A stretch of DNA of 64,000 nt from an uncultured Bacteroidota bacterium (GTDB taxonomy: Bacteria; Bacteroidota; Bacteroidia; 2-12-FULL-35-15): contig CAINDA010000061.1 of assembly GCA_903847205.1 (NCBI GenBank), forward strand, positions 2,543 to 66,542. Direction: 5' to 3'. This document shows, one piece after another, positions 1-10,882 of the stretch. Within the stretch, counting starts at the first letter, position 1; every line of letters begins with the position of its first letter. The position numbers and the translations under genes were made by a program. The notes under the pieces were generated by a model. That model worked only from the letters and a program-made list of their open reading frames with translations, was not told the origin of the DNA and ran no database searches.

Positions 1-2
1 TA

Positions 3-2411
3 AAAAAAGATAAGGAGGATACTCTTAAAGTAATCCGTTTTAATGATTTATGCAGGGAATATGCACAAATTGGTCTTTTCGATACTGCAATTCGGTATGT
101 TAATGCTTCATTGAAACTAGCTGAGCAATTATTACAGCGAAGTAAAAATTCTTCAGAAGCCGGAAGAGTTAAAATATTGATTGCTGATTCATATGGAAGC
201 ATCGGAATTATAAACCGAATAAGGGGCAATTATTCTCAATCATTAGAATATAATTTTAAGGCTCTGAATATTGATGAAGAACTTGGAAATAAAAACGATA
301 TTATAGCCAGGCTTGGCAATATAGGAAATGTATATTACGATAAAGGAGATTACCCTATTGCGTTGGATTATCTTTTCAAGGCCCTGAAGCTGGCTGCGGA
401 AATTAAAAATAAAAATTACATCTCAACCAACCTGGGTAACATCGGTAATGTATATTCCAGCCAGGGAAATTACCCCCAGGCGCTGTATTATCATTTGAAG
501 ACATTAGAAATGGATGAAGAACGGGGGGATAAAAATGACATTGCGGGGGATTTTTGCAACATTGGGGATATCTATGAAAGGCAAGCAGATTACTCTAAAG
601 CATTGAACTACTTCAATAAGGCTTTAAAATTAGGAAAGGAGATCGGAAATAAAACGTATATTGAAATATTTCTCGGCGACATAGGTAATGTTTATAAGCT
701 GCTAGCACAATTAATATTGACTCCAGCAAAGGCCGGATCTTCTGGAGCCCCCACAAAATCAGAGCTCTTATCCAAATCATTAGATTATTATTTCAAGGCA
801 TTGAAAATGGCCCAGGAGCTTGGAGACAAAAATGGAGTTGTAAGGCATCTCGACAACATTGGAACTGTTTATGCAGAACAAAAAGATTATCCCAAAGCAC
901 TTGATTATTTTTTCATGGGATTAAAGAGGGCAGAAGAAATTGGAGAAAAGGGCAGTATTGCCGACTGTCTGAACAATATTGGTTCTGCTTATAGCTCTTT
1001 AAAAAAATATAATGAGGCATTTAATTATACTTACAAAGCCTTAGCGCTTTCCGATAGCATTGGGGCAAAAAATAGTGTTAAAGATTGTTATTCCAATTTA
1101 AGCGATCTCTATAAACAAGCAAATGTTCCACTGCCAGACACCATTGGCAGTAAGCTTTTAACATTGGAGCAGATGCGCTTACGCTCACTTTATTATTTCA
1201 AAAGGTCTATTGAAATACGCGATACTCTTTTTAGCCAAGAGAACAAAAAACAATTGGTGCAGAGTGCAATGACCTACGAATTCGATAAAAAAGAACTCGC
1301 ATCCAAGGCTGAGCAGGATAAAAAAGATGCGATAACAGCTTCAGAAAGTAAAAAACAAAAAATCATTATCATATCAGTTGCCGGCGGTTTATTGCTGGTG
1401 ATGATATTTGCCGGCCTCATTTTCCGCTCCCTTCGGATAACACGGCGGCAAAAAAACATTATTGAGCTTCAGAAAAATGAAGTAATTGAACAAAAAAACG
1501 AAGTAACAAAACAAAAAGATATAGCCGACAGCCAGCGGATTATAGCTGTTGAGCTTCGTGAAATTGCTGAAAATCAAAAACACATTGTTGAAGAAAAACA
1601 GAAAGAAATATTAGATTCCATTACCTATGCAAGGCGCATACAAAGGGCTTTGCTTACCAGCGATGAGTATATTAAAAACAATTTCACGGCAGACCTCTCA
1701 AAAGGCGAAGGCGGAGCTTCCGAATATTTTATTTTGTTTAAACCCAAAGATATTGTAAGCGGTGATTTTTACTGGGCATTGCGTACACCGCCTCCTTTAG
1801 GGGAAACAGGAAGAGGGCTTTTTTATATCGCTGCCGCCGACTGCACCGGACATGGGGTTCCCGGCGCTTTTATGAGCATGTTAAACATTTCTTATTTTAA
1901 CGAAAATGTCATAGAGCGTGGTATCCGCCTGCCGCATGATATACTTAATGCCCAGCGCACTGAAATTATAAAGGCTCTCAATCCCCTTGGAAGCAAAGAG
2001 GTTTCTAAAGACGGCATGGACTGTATACTCTGCGCCTATGATCTTGATAAAAAACTTCTGCACTTCGCGGCAGCGAATAATCCTTTGTGGCTTGTGCGAA
2101 ACGGTGAACTCATAGAATACAAAGCGGATAAAATGCCGGTAGGGAAATATATGGATGATGTGGAGTCGTTTACCCTGCAGAAAATAGAACTCCAAAAAGG
2201 TGATATTATTTATACCTCCACTGATGGCTTTGCCGATCAGTTCGGTACCAACGGTAAAAAAATGATGAAGAAAACATTCAAAGAGGAGTTGCTAAAGATT
2301 CACCAGAGTCCAATGAAGGAGCAGAAAGAATACCTGAATAATTTTTTCGAAAGCTGGAAAGGCAATACTGAACAGGTGGATGATGTTTGTGTTATCGGGG
2401 TGAGAATATAA
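3..2411 (+). CDS. TPR-repeat membrane sensor with C-terminal SpoIIE/PP2C phosphatase domain (5'-truncated by window edge)
   Basis: The frame of ORF 111..2411 is open back to base 3 (KKDKEDTLKVIRFNDLCREY...). It has many TPRs (LGNIGNVY...ALDY), a TM helix (IIIISVAGGLLLVMIFAGLIF), a coiled coil and PP2C motifs PKDIVSGDFYW, ADCTGHGVPGAFMS, DGMD, TDGFADQFG and QVDDVCVIG. Confidence 0.9.
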   Translation, partial: KKDKEDTLKVIRFNDLCREYAQIGLFDTAIRYVNASLKLAEQLLQRSKNSSEAGRVKILIADSYGSIGIINRIRGNYSQSLEYNFKALNIDEELGNKNDIIARLGNIGNVYYDKGDYPIALDYLFKALKLAAEIKNKNYISTNLGNIGNVYSSQGNYPQALYYHLKTLEMDEERGDKNDIAGDFCNIGDIYERQADYSKALNYFNKALKLGKEIGNKTYIEIFLGDIGNVYKLLAQLILTPAKAGSSGAPTKSELLSKSLDYYFKALKMAQELGDKNGVVRHLDNIGTVYAEQKDYPKALDYFFMGLKRAEEIGEKGSIADCLNNIGSAYSSLKKYNEAFNYTYKALALSDSIGAKNSVKDCYSNLSDLYKQANVPLPDTIGSKLLTLEQMRLRSLYYFKRSIEIRDTLFSQENKKQLVQSAMTYEFDKKELASKAEQDKKDAITASESKKQKIIIISVAGGLLLVMIFAGLIFRSLRITRRQKNIIELQKNEVIEQKNEVTKQKDIADSQRIIAVELREIAENQKHIVEEKQKEILDSITYARRIQRALLTSDEYIKNNFTADLSKGEGGASEYFILFKPKDIVSGDFYWALRTPPPLGETGRGLFYIAAADCTGHGVPGAFMSMLNISYFNENVIERGIRLPHDILNAQRTEIIKALNPLGSKEVSKDGMDCILCAYDLDKKLLHFAAANNPLWLVRNGELIEYKADKMPVGKYMDDVESFTLQKIELQKGDIIYTSTDGFADQFGTNGKKMMKKTFKEELLKIHQSPMKEQKEYLNNFFESWKGNTEQVDDVCVIGVRI

Positions 2412-2504
2412 ATGGGAAAACAGCTCAAAATAGTTTTCCCGCTTATTCTTGCATCTGACACATAGTTCCAACGCATTCTAAATAGAGTGCATTGCTTAGA
2501 AGCC

Positions 2505-4733
2505 TTACCATTGTTTATTAAATTGCAGAATACCCCATGCCAGGGCATAAAACAATATACTGCATAGCAGCGCAGTGCTTAATCCATAAGTAAATGCGAG
2601 CAGCAGCACCAGTGAAGATCCGCCAACGCTGGCAATCCCGTTAAAGGCAAAACCCCAGTCAACAAGCTCTCCTACTCTCTTTACAGCAAACGGAAAAGGC
2701 ATGCCCATGAAAAAACCTAATGGCAGCAGAAAAATTACCGAAAGCGAAACACGCATTCCAAACTCCAGCGAGGATGCGGAAGACCGGATGTTCTTAAAAA
2801 CAAATACTTCTGCCAGTACCCATAGAATAATCAGAATGAAAGGAAAATATTCTTTTACCCTTCCCGAAAATTTGCTGCCGATTCCTGCGCCAACAAGCAA
2901 TGGGAGAAGTACTGTCATAAAGCTGTAAACAGACGCTCCAAGGAATAAAGTATAACGTTGAATCAATACTACTTCTATCATCATGAAACCGGCACCTATG
3001 GCAATAAAATACAAGCAAGCACTCAGGTTCAGCTTTCCGCCGCTTTTAAAAAAGAAAGACAGCAGGTACAGCAGCAAAAGAAGAACTATGCTCAGAGAAA
3101 GTAAAATGCTGACAATTATTTTTGAGAGCGGAAAACCATAAATTTCAAGCGGGATGATATGTTTCATATTTTCAGCGCTTAGGTTTTTCAACAGCCCCAT
3201 CTGTGCGATAAATGGGTGGTCATCTGTGGAGGGAGAAAGGTTTGTTTTTGATTCCTGCGCAACGGCCATCCAGCCTTTGGTAACAATCTGGTTTATTTTA
3301 TTTCCTGCAATAGAATCCACGGCAGGGTATACAAGGTGGGCAGAAGTATAGGTTTCAGGTGTAATTGCTCCAATTGCATTGTTCATCATTTCGGTGCTCA
3401 ATTCATTTTTTGAAAACAGCAGAACATGTCTATGCATCTGAGGCAGCGCAATAACCGCAATGTGTTTCTCCGGATTTTTAATTCCTTCTGCTTTCAAAGC
3501 ATCCAGGGCTTCTGTCACAGCACGGGGAATATAAAACTGGTGTTCCATTATTAATATTCCTTTGTCCGACAAGGCGCGATAATAATCCCTGAAAGCATCG
3601 GTAGTAAATACGTAAGTTTCCGACATTGCAAATGCACCTGAAACCATAGAAGCAAAAGTATTGGTACTTACTGAAATCATCAGGTCGAACGTATTGTTAA
3701 ACCTATGCACATAAGGCCTTACATCTTCTGTAATTACTTTCACGCGCGGGTCTTTGTAAATGTTTCCTGAAAAGGAAGACAGCTCACCAACGGTCATCAT
3801 TCGGTTTATTTCCGGAATCACTTCTACTGCGTGAACTTCTTTCGCCCCCAGGCTGAGCGCCTGCAATACATCAACTCCTCCGCCTGCGCCCATTACCAGT
3901 ACTTTTGCATTTGGTGTTTTGGTTAAAACATATTCAAAGTCGAGCAGAAAATTTTTCTTCAAAGAATCTTTCTGACTCCAGTCTCCATTAAAGCCAATTA
4001 CAGGGGCATTGGCAGCATTATCAATTTGTATTCCCCTATCGGCAGCGTCATATTCAAATACTTTCAGCTTTGCCATCGCATCCCAATGTTTTAAAATTAC
4101 AGGGGCATGTTCTTCTTTAACAGGATCAAGGAGCGTGTTTGAATAAAATGAAAAAACAAAAAACAGGGCGAGTAATAAAAACGGCACAATCCGCCATTTA
4201 TTAAAAGCAAAAAAGCAGGCGGCTATTAACGGCAGTATAATCAGGAAGGCAGCAATGGCAGTTCCAGCTATATTCATGGCCGCTACTGCGAACACCACAC
4301 CAATGCCGGCGCCGATAAGATCAGCCATATACAAGCTGTTCATCTCCGAATAATTTTCCCTGAAAAGTTTGGTGATGACAATTCCGCCGGAATAAAAAGG
4401 TAGCGATAGTAATACAATCAACCCTGAAAATTTCAACTGCTGCATGTGAGAAATATACAGTTTGGAAAAATCAAGGTTTAAGCGCATCGCAATAGACGGG
4501 CCGATAAGAGCAAATACAACTGTGAGAGAAAGCAGGAGAGGTGTTGTGTTTTTTTTTGCGAGAGCCTGGAAAATGCGCAGCGACAAGGCTCCGAGCCCCA
4601 TGCCGAAGATGGCCAAGGAAAGGATAAGAAAAGCAAATGTATAAAAATATTCAGCGGATAAAATACGCGTCCACGTTAATTCAAGTGACAGCAGGCTGAG
4701 AGAAAGAAGGGAAACAATAATTTTATTTTTCAT
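2505..4733 (-). CDS. Polytopic membrane protein with central spermidine-synthase-like class I SAM-binding domain
   Basis: N- and C-terminal TM bundles flank VLVMGAGGGVDV...VHAVEVIPEI...DPRVKVITEDVR...FDLMIS and PSTDDHPF. Confidence 0.8.
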   Translation of the reverse strand: MKNKIIVSLLSLSLLSLELTWTRILSAEYFYTFAFLILSLAIFGMGLGALSLRIFQALAKKNTTPLLLSLTVVFALIGPSIAMRLNLDFSKLYISHMQQLKFSGLIVLLSLPFYSGGIVITKLFRENYSEMNSLYMADLIGAGIGVVFAVAAMNIAGTAIAAFLIILPLIAACFFAFNKWRIVPFLLLALFFVFSFYSNTLLDPVKEEHAPVILKHWDAMAKLKVFEYDAADRGIQIDNAANAPVIGFNGDWSQKDSLKKNFLLDFEYVLTKTPNAKVLVMGAGGGVDVLQALSLGAKEVHAVEVIPEINRMMTVGELSSFSGNIYKDPRVKVITEDVRPYVHRFNNTFDLMISVSTNTFASMVSGAFAMSETYVFTTDAFRDYYRALSDKGILIMEHQFYIPRAVTEALDALKAEGIKNPEKHIAVIALPQMHRHVLLFSKNELSTEMMNNAIGAITPETYTSAHLVYPAVDSIAGNKINQIVTKGWMAVAQESKTNLSPSTDDHPFIAQMGLLKNLSAENMKHIIPLEIYGFPLSKIIVSILLSLSIVLLLLLYLLSFFFKSGGKLNLSACLYFIAIGAGFMMIEVVLIQRYTLFLGASVYSFMTVLLPLLVGAGIGSKFSGRVKEYFPFILIILWVLAEVFVFKNIRSSASSLEFGMRVSLSVIFLLPLGFFMGMPFPFAVKRVGELVDWGFAFNGIASVGGSSLVLLLAFTYGLSTALLCSILFYALAWGILQFNKQW

Positions 4734-4852
4734 ATTTATTTTTGAATAAATTATGTTTATCGGATTAAAAAAAATCCTGTAACAAGTTTACACATTTAAT
4801 TTAATCCGGTAAAACTGATGCGATTTAAGTGCTTTCGTCATTACGTTTTTTA

Positions 4853-4920
4853 TCTCACGCAGATGGCGAAGATTCGCGCAGATTAATAAACAGCTTTGAA
4901 AATCTTGTTGTCTGCAGAGA
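4853..4920. repeat. Degenerate REP-like element (CGCAGAT-type short repeats with partial inverted arm)
   Basis: tctcacgcagatggcgaagattcgcgcagatt ... aatcttgttgtctgcagaga, in a divergent intergenic region. Confidence 0.4.
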
Positions 4921-5047
4921 GCCTTAAACACCCCAAACAAATAATTGCCAAATCCCCGCACTTAATAAATAGAGAACCGCATACGATAAAACATCCGCTT
5001 GTTTGCTTTTTAATGCATGCACATTTGTGTCATAAATTATAAACCAA

Positions 5048-8000
5048 ATGAAAACTAAAAACAAAATCCAGCTATTATTATCAGCAGCTGTTCTGATCTT
5101 CATCACCCTGTTGAGCGCCTGTTACAGCTCCAGGCCGAAAATGATTAATCCTAACCCCGCTTTTGCGAAATACATTTCGGGTTATACTTCCGGTATGGTT
5201 TCCCGAAAGTCAAGCATCCGCATTGAGCTTGCGCATGGCTTGAATGAAAATCAGGCTGTGAAACCCGCAGTAAATTCAGTCGCTCCCGTTGCAAATGCCG
5301 CTGCTGCCCGCATTGCAGCACTGCCTGATTCATCTTTATTGAAAGATGCATTTTCTTTTGAACCAAAAATTAAAGGACACGCTATATGGATCAGCGACCG
5401 TGTCATTGAATTTATCCCGGCAGAGGAGCTTCCTTCTAATCAGTTTTATGATGTTGCTTTTAATCTTAAAAATGTTGCGACTGTTAAAAATGATTTGGAA
5501 ACATTCAATTTTCAGATGTCAACCTATCCGCAGAATTTATTTGTAAGTCTTGACGGCCTTCGCAGTTATGACAATGACGATATTGAATGGGAAAAATTAA
5601 CAGGAAAAATTACAACTTCTGACTTTGTTGATACCGCCTGCATCAGAAAAGTATTAACTGTTACACAGAATGGTAAACCCCTGCAGGTGCAATTAAGTTA
5701 TGCTTACAACAATGAGTTTTATTTTTTTGTTGACAGTGTGGAAAGAAAAGAACAGGCCGGAAAGCTTGTTGTCAGCTGGACAGGAGAGCCTATCAAAAGC
5801 ATCAGCTCAGGAATGCAGGAAATCTCTATTCCCGCACTTGGCAATTTTTCAGTATCAAATGCGCAGGTGATTGACGACGGTGACCAGTATGTAGATTTAA
5901 CTTTCAGCGATCCTATTCAGTACAATCAAAATTTTAAAGGGATTATCAATATTCAGGGAGAAGATAATCTGACCTACACTGCAGAGGTGAATCACGTAAA
6001 AATATTTTTGAAAAACCGCACTGTCGGCGATAAGCTGATAACAGTAACAACGGGCATCAAAAACTTTAAGGGATATAAAATGAGCCTTCCTTACAGCGAC
6101 AGCCTGCACTTTGAAGAACCGCATCCTTTAGTGCGCATCAAAGGAAACGGATGTATTCTTCCGAACTCAAACGGATTAATTTTTCCATTCGAAGCAATCG
6201 GCCTTAAATCAGCAGATGTACGCGTCATTAAAATTTTTGATAATAACGTGCACCAATTTTTACAGACAAATAATTTAGACGGTGAAGACGGATTAACCCG
6301 TGTAGGTAAGGTTGTTGCAAAGAAAAAAATTGCTTTGAATTATGATAAAAAAATGAATTTGAAACAATGGAATACATTTGTTATTGATCTCGGAAAACTC
6401 ATTGCCCCCGACCCGGGTGCTATCTACAGAGTAAGTATAAAGTTTAAAAAGAGCTATGCATTATGCGACTGCGCGGGAGTGGCTGATGAGGACGCCGGAA
6501 ATAATGATGAGCAGTTTCGTTTAGATGAGGCAGAGGAAAATAATAATGAACAAGCCCACGCTGCCGTGGAGAAAGACTGGAATGAAAATGACTGGAACCG
6601 ATACAGCTATTTCGACGGCGGTTATGAGCATTGGAACAATTATAATGACGGTTATTCCCCATGCAGTAAGGAATATTACAGAGGCAAAGGCGTAAGCAGA
6701 AATATTCTTGCATCCGATCTTGGTTTGATTTATAAGTTAGACGACAATAAAATGTCGCATGCTTTTGTGAGTAATATGATTACCGCCAAACCATTAGCTG
6801 GAGCCATAGTTGAATATTACGATTATACCAAACAAGTAATTGCTTCCGGAGTAACGGACGCAGAAGGCATGCTGGATATACAATTAAAACGCAAACCCTT
6901 TCTGATGCTTGCTAAATCTGGCAAACAGCGCGGTTATTTAAAGCTGCTGGACGGCAATGTAAATTCATTAAGCAAGTTTGATGTGGAAGGAGAAGTAGTA
7001 CAAAAAGGCGTGAAAGGCTTTATCTATGGGGAGCGCGGTGTTTGGCGTCCCGGCGATTCGCTGTACTTAAATTTTATTATGGAAGATAAAGACAAACGTC
7101 TGCCTCCAAATCATCCAGTGAAGTTTGAGTTGAAAGACCCTAACGGACAGGTTGTATACCAAACTACAAAAACAAAAAATGTAAACGGCAACTATGATTT
7201 CCGCACTGCAACAGCTGTTGAAGCGCCCACTGGAAATTATAATGCAACCGCAACTGTAGGTAACCGAATTTTTACTGAAGATTTTAAAATTGAAACTGTA
7301 AAGCCTAACCGTTTAAAAATTGCATTGAACTTTGATAAAGACACAACGGCTAAAATGGCTGTAAAGTGGCTTCACGGGGCCATTGCAAAAAATTTACACG
7401 CAATGGTAAGTGTAAGTGTAAACCAATCGAAAACTTCTTTCCCTAAATATAAAGCCTACGAATTCGATTCGCCGATAAGAAATTACAGCTCCAATACCGA
7501 AAGTGTTTTTGACGGAAATCTTGATGAAAAAGGAGAAGCTGAATTGGATACGAAGCTGAACACAGGGCAGACAGCCCCTGGCATGTTACGCGCAACTTAT
7601 ATTTCCAAAGTGTTTGAAGAAGGCGGTGATTTCAGCATCGACCGTTACAGTGTGCCTTATTCTCCTTACAAAACATACATAGGCCTGCATGCACCTGAAA
7701 CAAAGGGTTACGACAATGCATTTGAAACAGATCATGCTTATAAATTTGATGTGGTAACCATTGATGATAAAGGAACTTTGGTAAATGCCAATAAACTGCA
7801 GGTGAAAATATATAAAATGCAGTGGCGCTGGTGGTATGAAAAAGATCAGGAAGATCTTGCACATTATATTTCACGTTCAGGCACAATAGTATTAAAAGAT
7901 ACCACCATCAAGACAAACCAGGGCAGAGGCGAATTTAAATTTAAAGTTAATTATCCCGATTACGGACGTTATTTAATTACTGTTACTGACCCTATCGGCG

Positions 8001-10723
8001 GGCATCAGACAGGTAAAATAATTTACATCGACTGGCCTTATTGGAGCAGGGCAAACAGAAGCAGCAACGAAAATGCAAACATGCTCAACTTTGCCTGCAA
8101 CAAAGAAAAATATACTTCGGGCGAAAATGTAAAACTGTCTTTCCCTTCGCCATCCAATGGTATGGCGCTGGTGAGTATTGAAACAGGAACAAAAGTGGTG
8201 AAGAAATTCTGGATACCAACTAAAAAAGGCGAGACTGTTTATGAATTCCCGACAACGGCCGAAATGGCTCCCAATGCTTATGTTCACGTAACATTGATAC
8301 AGCCTCATGCAAATACAAAAAATGACCTTCCTATCAGGATGTACGGCGTTGTTCCTATTCTGGTGGATGAACCATTAACACATTTAGATCCGGAAATTAA
8401 AATGCCCGATGTTGTAAAACCAGAGTCCTTTACTTCAATAAAAGTAAAAGAAAAATCTGGAAGAAAAATGACCTACACGCTTGCTATGGTAGATGAAGGC
8501 CTGCTTGATCTTACCCGCTTTAAAACTCCTCAGCCCTGGAATACTTTTTATGCAAGAGAAGCATTGGGTGTAAAAACATGGGACATGTACGACCAGGTGA
8601 TAGGTGCTTTCGCCGGGAAATTAGATAAGCTTTTAAGTCTTGGCGGAGACGGTTCAGGAGCTGAAGGCAAAGGTTTGAAGGCAAACAGGTTTAAACCGAT
8701 GGTGAAATTTTTAGGCCCCTATACTCTTGAAGCAGGACAAGAGAAAACTCATACTATTCAAATCCCGAATTATGTAGGTTCGGTAAGGGTAATGGTGGTT
8801 GCTGAAAACAGCGGTGCTTACGGCTGTTCCGAAAAAGCTGTAGCTGTGAGGAAACCGCTGATGGTGCTTGCAACCCTGCCCCGCGTATTAGGTCCGGGAG
8901 AAGATGTGTATTTACCGGTTGATATTTTTGCGATGGAAAAGCATGTGAAGGATGTGAAGATTGACGTTGAAGTAAATGATTTTTTGACTATCAACGGCAG
9001 TCATCAGCAGAGCATGCACTTTTCTGAAATAGGAGATGAGGTGATTAATTTCAAATTAAATGTTGCACAAAAAGTGGGCATCGCAAAAGTGAAAATCACG
9101 GCCGTAAGCGGGAAAGAAAGATCTGTTCAGGAAATTGAACTGGATGTGCGCACGCCTAATCCTAAAGTTGTTGACGGACAGGATTTAGTTTTAGAGCCCG
9201 GAAAAGAAATGGATGCAGCTATTAATTTCACTGGCGTTGCCGGTACAAACAAAGCAACTGTTGAGTTGTCAAGCATCCCGTCAATGGGCTTGGAGAAACG
9301 TTTGGAGTATTTGATTGAATATCCTCACGGCTGCATTGAGCAGACAACCTCCTCGGTTTTCCCTCAGTTGTTTGTAAGCAATTTAACAGAGATTAAAGAA
9401 GCGCAGAAAAATAAAATATCTGATAATATCAAAGCTGGATTAAAACGCCTGCAGTTATTCCAGACAGCAAACGGCGGATTCTCTTATTGGCCGGGAGAAT
9501 CCGAAGACAGCGAATGGGGAAGCAATTATGCGGGTCACTTTTTTATTGAAGCAGAAAAGCAAGGTTACAGTCTGCCGGGAAACCTTAAATCAAGATGGCT
9601 GAAGTATCAGCAGCAGCAGGCAAAAAATTGGTATTCTAATAACGGAATTTATACGCATCCCCATGGATCCACTACAAATGAAGAGATACAAGCCTACCGT
9701 TTATTTGTGCTCGCACTTTGCAATAACCCGGAATTAGGCGCAATGAACAGGATGCGTGAAGAGAAAAATCTTTCGGCGGAAGCAAAATGGAGACTGGCCG
9801 CAGCTTATAAACTGGTCGGTCAGAAAGAAGCAGCAATGCAGTTAATTGCAGGTTTATCAACTGTTGTAGCTCCTTACAAAGAATTATCTTATAGTTACGG
9901 TTCTGATACAAGGGATGAAGCAATGATACTTGAAACGCTTAGTCTGTTAGATGAAAAAACAAAAGCAGGACAGCTTGCAAAAGAAGTTGCTAAAGGTTTA
10001 AGTTCAAATATTTGGATGAGCACCCAGGAAACTGCTTACAGCCTATTGGCAATGTGCGAATACACAGGCGTGAAGGAAAACAACCGTGAAATAAATTTTT
10101 CATATTCATTGAACGGGCTGGAAAACAAAGCACAGAACAGTAAAAAAACAATGGTGCAGCTGAAATACAACGACAAAGATTTTTCAAAAAAAGCGGGCAT
10201 CTCCTTAAAGAATAACGGCAAATCAACATTGTTTGCAAAAGTGATTGTGGAAGGAATTCCTTTGATAGGGGATAAAACGGCATCTGCAAAGGATTTAAAG
10301 ATGGAGGTGAAGTATAAAGATATGAAAGGAGAAGAAATAGAACCCGACAAATTACTTCAGGGAACTGATTTTACGGCTGAGGTAACCGTTACAAACCCCG
10401 GTACAAAGGGGTATTTGAAAGAGATGGCATTGAACCAGATATTTCCTAGCGGCTGGGAAATTCACAACTCCCGCATGGACGGCACCGGAAAAACAAATGC
10501 TGCGCGTTACCAGGATATCAGGGATGACAGGGTGTACAGCTATTATGAATTAGTTAATGCATCCACTAAAACGTTTGTGATTCAGCTTAACGCAACTTAC
10601 TTAGGCAAGTTTTATCTGCCTACTGTTTACAGCGAAGCTATGTATGACAATACCATCAATGCCCGTGTTCCGGGGCGCTGGGTAGAGGTGGTGAAGGAGA
10701 TACCTGCAGTGGCGAAAAAATAA
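5048..10723 (+). CDS. Bacterial alpha-2-macroglobulin family lipoprotein
   Basis: 1891 aa with lipobox LSAC, MG2 motif ERGVWRPGD, AMVDEGLLDLT, intact thioester motif YPHGCIEQTTS, FQTANGGFSYWPG and a C-terminal DIRDDRV...EAMYD. Confidence 0.95.
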   Translation: MKTKNKIQLLLSAAVLIFITLLSACYSSRPKMINPNPAFAKYISGYTSGMVSRKSSIRIELAHGLNENQAVKPAVNSVAPVANAAAARIAALPDSSLLKDAFSFEPKIKGHAIWISDRVIEFIPAEELPSNQFYDVAFNLKNVATVKNDLETFNFQMSTYPQNLFVSLDGLRSYDNDDIEWEKLTGKITTSDFVDTACIRKVLTVTQNGKPLQVQLSYAYNNEFYFFVDSVERKEQAGKLVVSWTGEPIKSISSGMQEISIPALGNFSVSNAQVIDDGDQYVDLTFSDPIQYNQNFKGIINIQGEDNLTYTAEVNHVKIFLKNRTVGDKLITVTTGIKNFKGYKMSLPYSDSLHFEEPHPLVRIKGNGCILPNSNGLIFPFEAIGLKSADVRVIKIFDNNVHQFLQTNNLDGEDGLTRVGKVVAKKKIALNYDKKMNLKQWNTFVIDLGKLIAPDPGAIYRVSIKFKKSYALCDCAGVADEDAGNNDEQFRLDEAEENNNEQAHAAVEKDWNENDWNRYSYFDGGYEHWNNYNDGYSPCSKEYYRGKGVSRNILASDLGLIYKLDDNKMSHAFVSNMITAKPLAGAIVEYYDYTKQVIASGVTDAEGMLDIQLKRKPFLMLAKSGKQRGYLKLLDGNVNSLSKFDVEGEVVQKGVKGFIYGERGVWRPGDSLYLNFIMEDKDKRLPPNHPVKFELKDPNGQVVYQTTKTKNVNGNYDFRTATAVEAPTGNYNATATVGNRIFTEDFKIETVKPNRLKIALNFDKDTTAKMAVKWLHGAIAKNLHAMVSVSVNQSKTSFPKYKAYEFDSPIRNYSSNTESVFDGNLDEKGEAELDTKLNTGQTAPGMLRATYISKVFEEGGDFSIDRYSVPYSPYKTYIGLHAPETKGYDNAFETDHAYKFDVVTIDDKGTLVNANKLQVKIYKMQWRWWYEKDQEDLAHYISRSGTIVLKDTTIKTNQGRGEFKFKVNYPDYGRYLITVTDPIGGHQTGKIIYIDWPYWSRANRSSNENANMLNFACNKEKYTSGENVKLSFPSPSNGMALVSIETGTKVVKKFWIPTKKGETVYEFPTTAEMAPNAYVHVTLIQPHANTKNDLPIRMYGVVPILVDEPLTHLDPEIKMPDVVKPESFTSIKVKEKSGRKMTYTLAMVDEGLLDLTRFKTPQPWNTFYAREALGVKTWDMYDQVIGAFAGKLDKLLSLGGDGSGAEGKGLKANRFKPMVKFLGPYTLEAGQEKTHTIQIPNYVGSVRVMVVAENSGAYGCSEKAVAVRKPLMVLATLPRVLGPGEDVYLPVDIFAMEKHVKDVKIDVEVNDFLTINGSHQQSMHFSEIGDEVINFKLNVAQKVGIAKVKITAVSGKERSVQEIELDVRTPNPKVVDGQDLVLEPGKEMDAAINFTGVAGTNKATVELSSIPSMGLEKRLEYLIEYPHGCIEQTTSSVFPQLFVSNLTEIKEAQKNKISDNIKAGLKRLQLFQTANGGFSYWPGESEDSEWGSNYAGHFFIEAEKQGYSLPGNLKSRWLKYQQQQAKNWYSNNGIYTHPHGSTTNEEIQAYRLFVLALCNNPELGAMNRMREEKNLSAEAKWRLAAAYKLVGQKEAAMQLIAGLSTVVAPYKELSYSYGSDTRDEAMILETLSLLDEKTKAGQLAKEVAKGLSSNIWMSTQETAYSLLAMCEYTGVKENNREINFSYSLNGLENKAQNSKKTMVQLKYNDKDFSKKAGISLKNNGKSTLFAKVIVEGIPLIGDKTASAKDLKMEVKYKDMKGEEIEPDKLLQGTDFTAEVTVTNPGTKGYLKEMALNQIFPSGWEIHNSRMDGTGKTNAARYQDIRDDRVYSYYELVNASTKTFVIQLNATYLGKFYLPTVYSEAMYDNTINARVPGRWVEVVKEIPAVAKK

Positions 10724-10732
10724 ATTTAATTT

Positions 10733-10815
10733 CCCCTGATAGGGCTTTAAGCTCTGTCAGGGGTTTATTACAATCATTTATTTTTACCTTTAACGGGTTT
10801 GTGCTCGTTAGAGGT
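10733..10815. repeat. Two REP-like hairpins (possibly also terminating the A2M transcript)
   Basis: cccctgatagggctt/aagctctgtcagggg at 10733-10763 and acctttaacggg/ctcgttagaggt at 10786-10815, both with G-U-type mismatches. Confidence 0.55.
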
Positions 10816-10882
10816 TTTATTTTAATTTATATTTACCCCTTACAGGGGAAGAAACCCTGAAAGGGAAAATCATATAAACATA

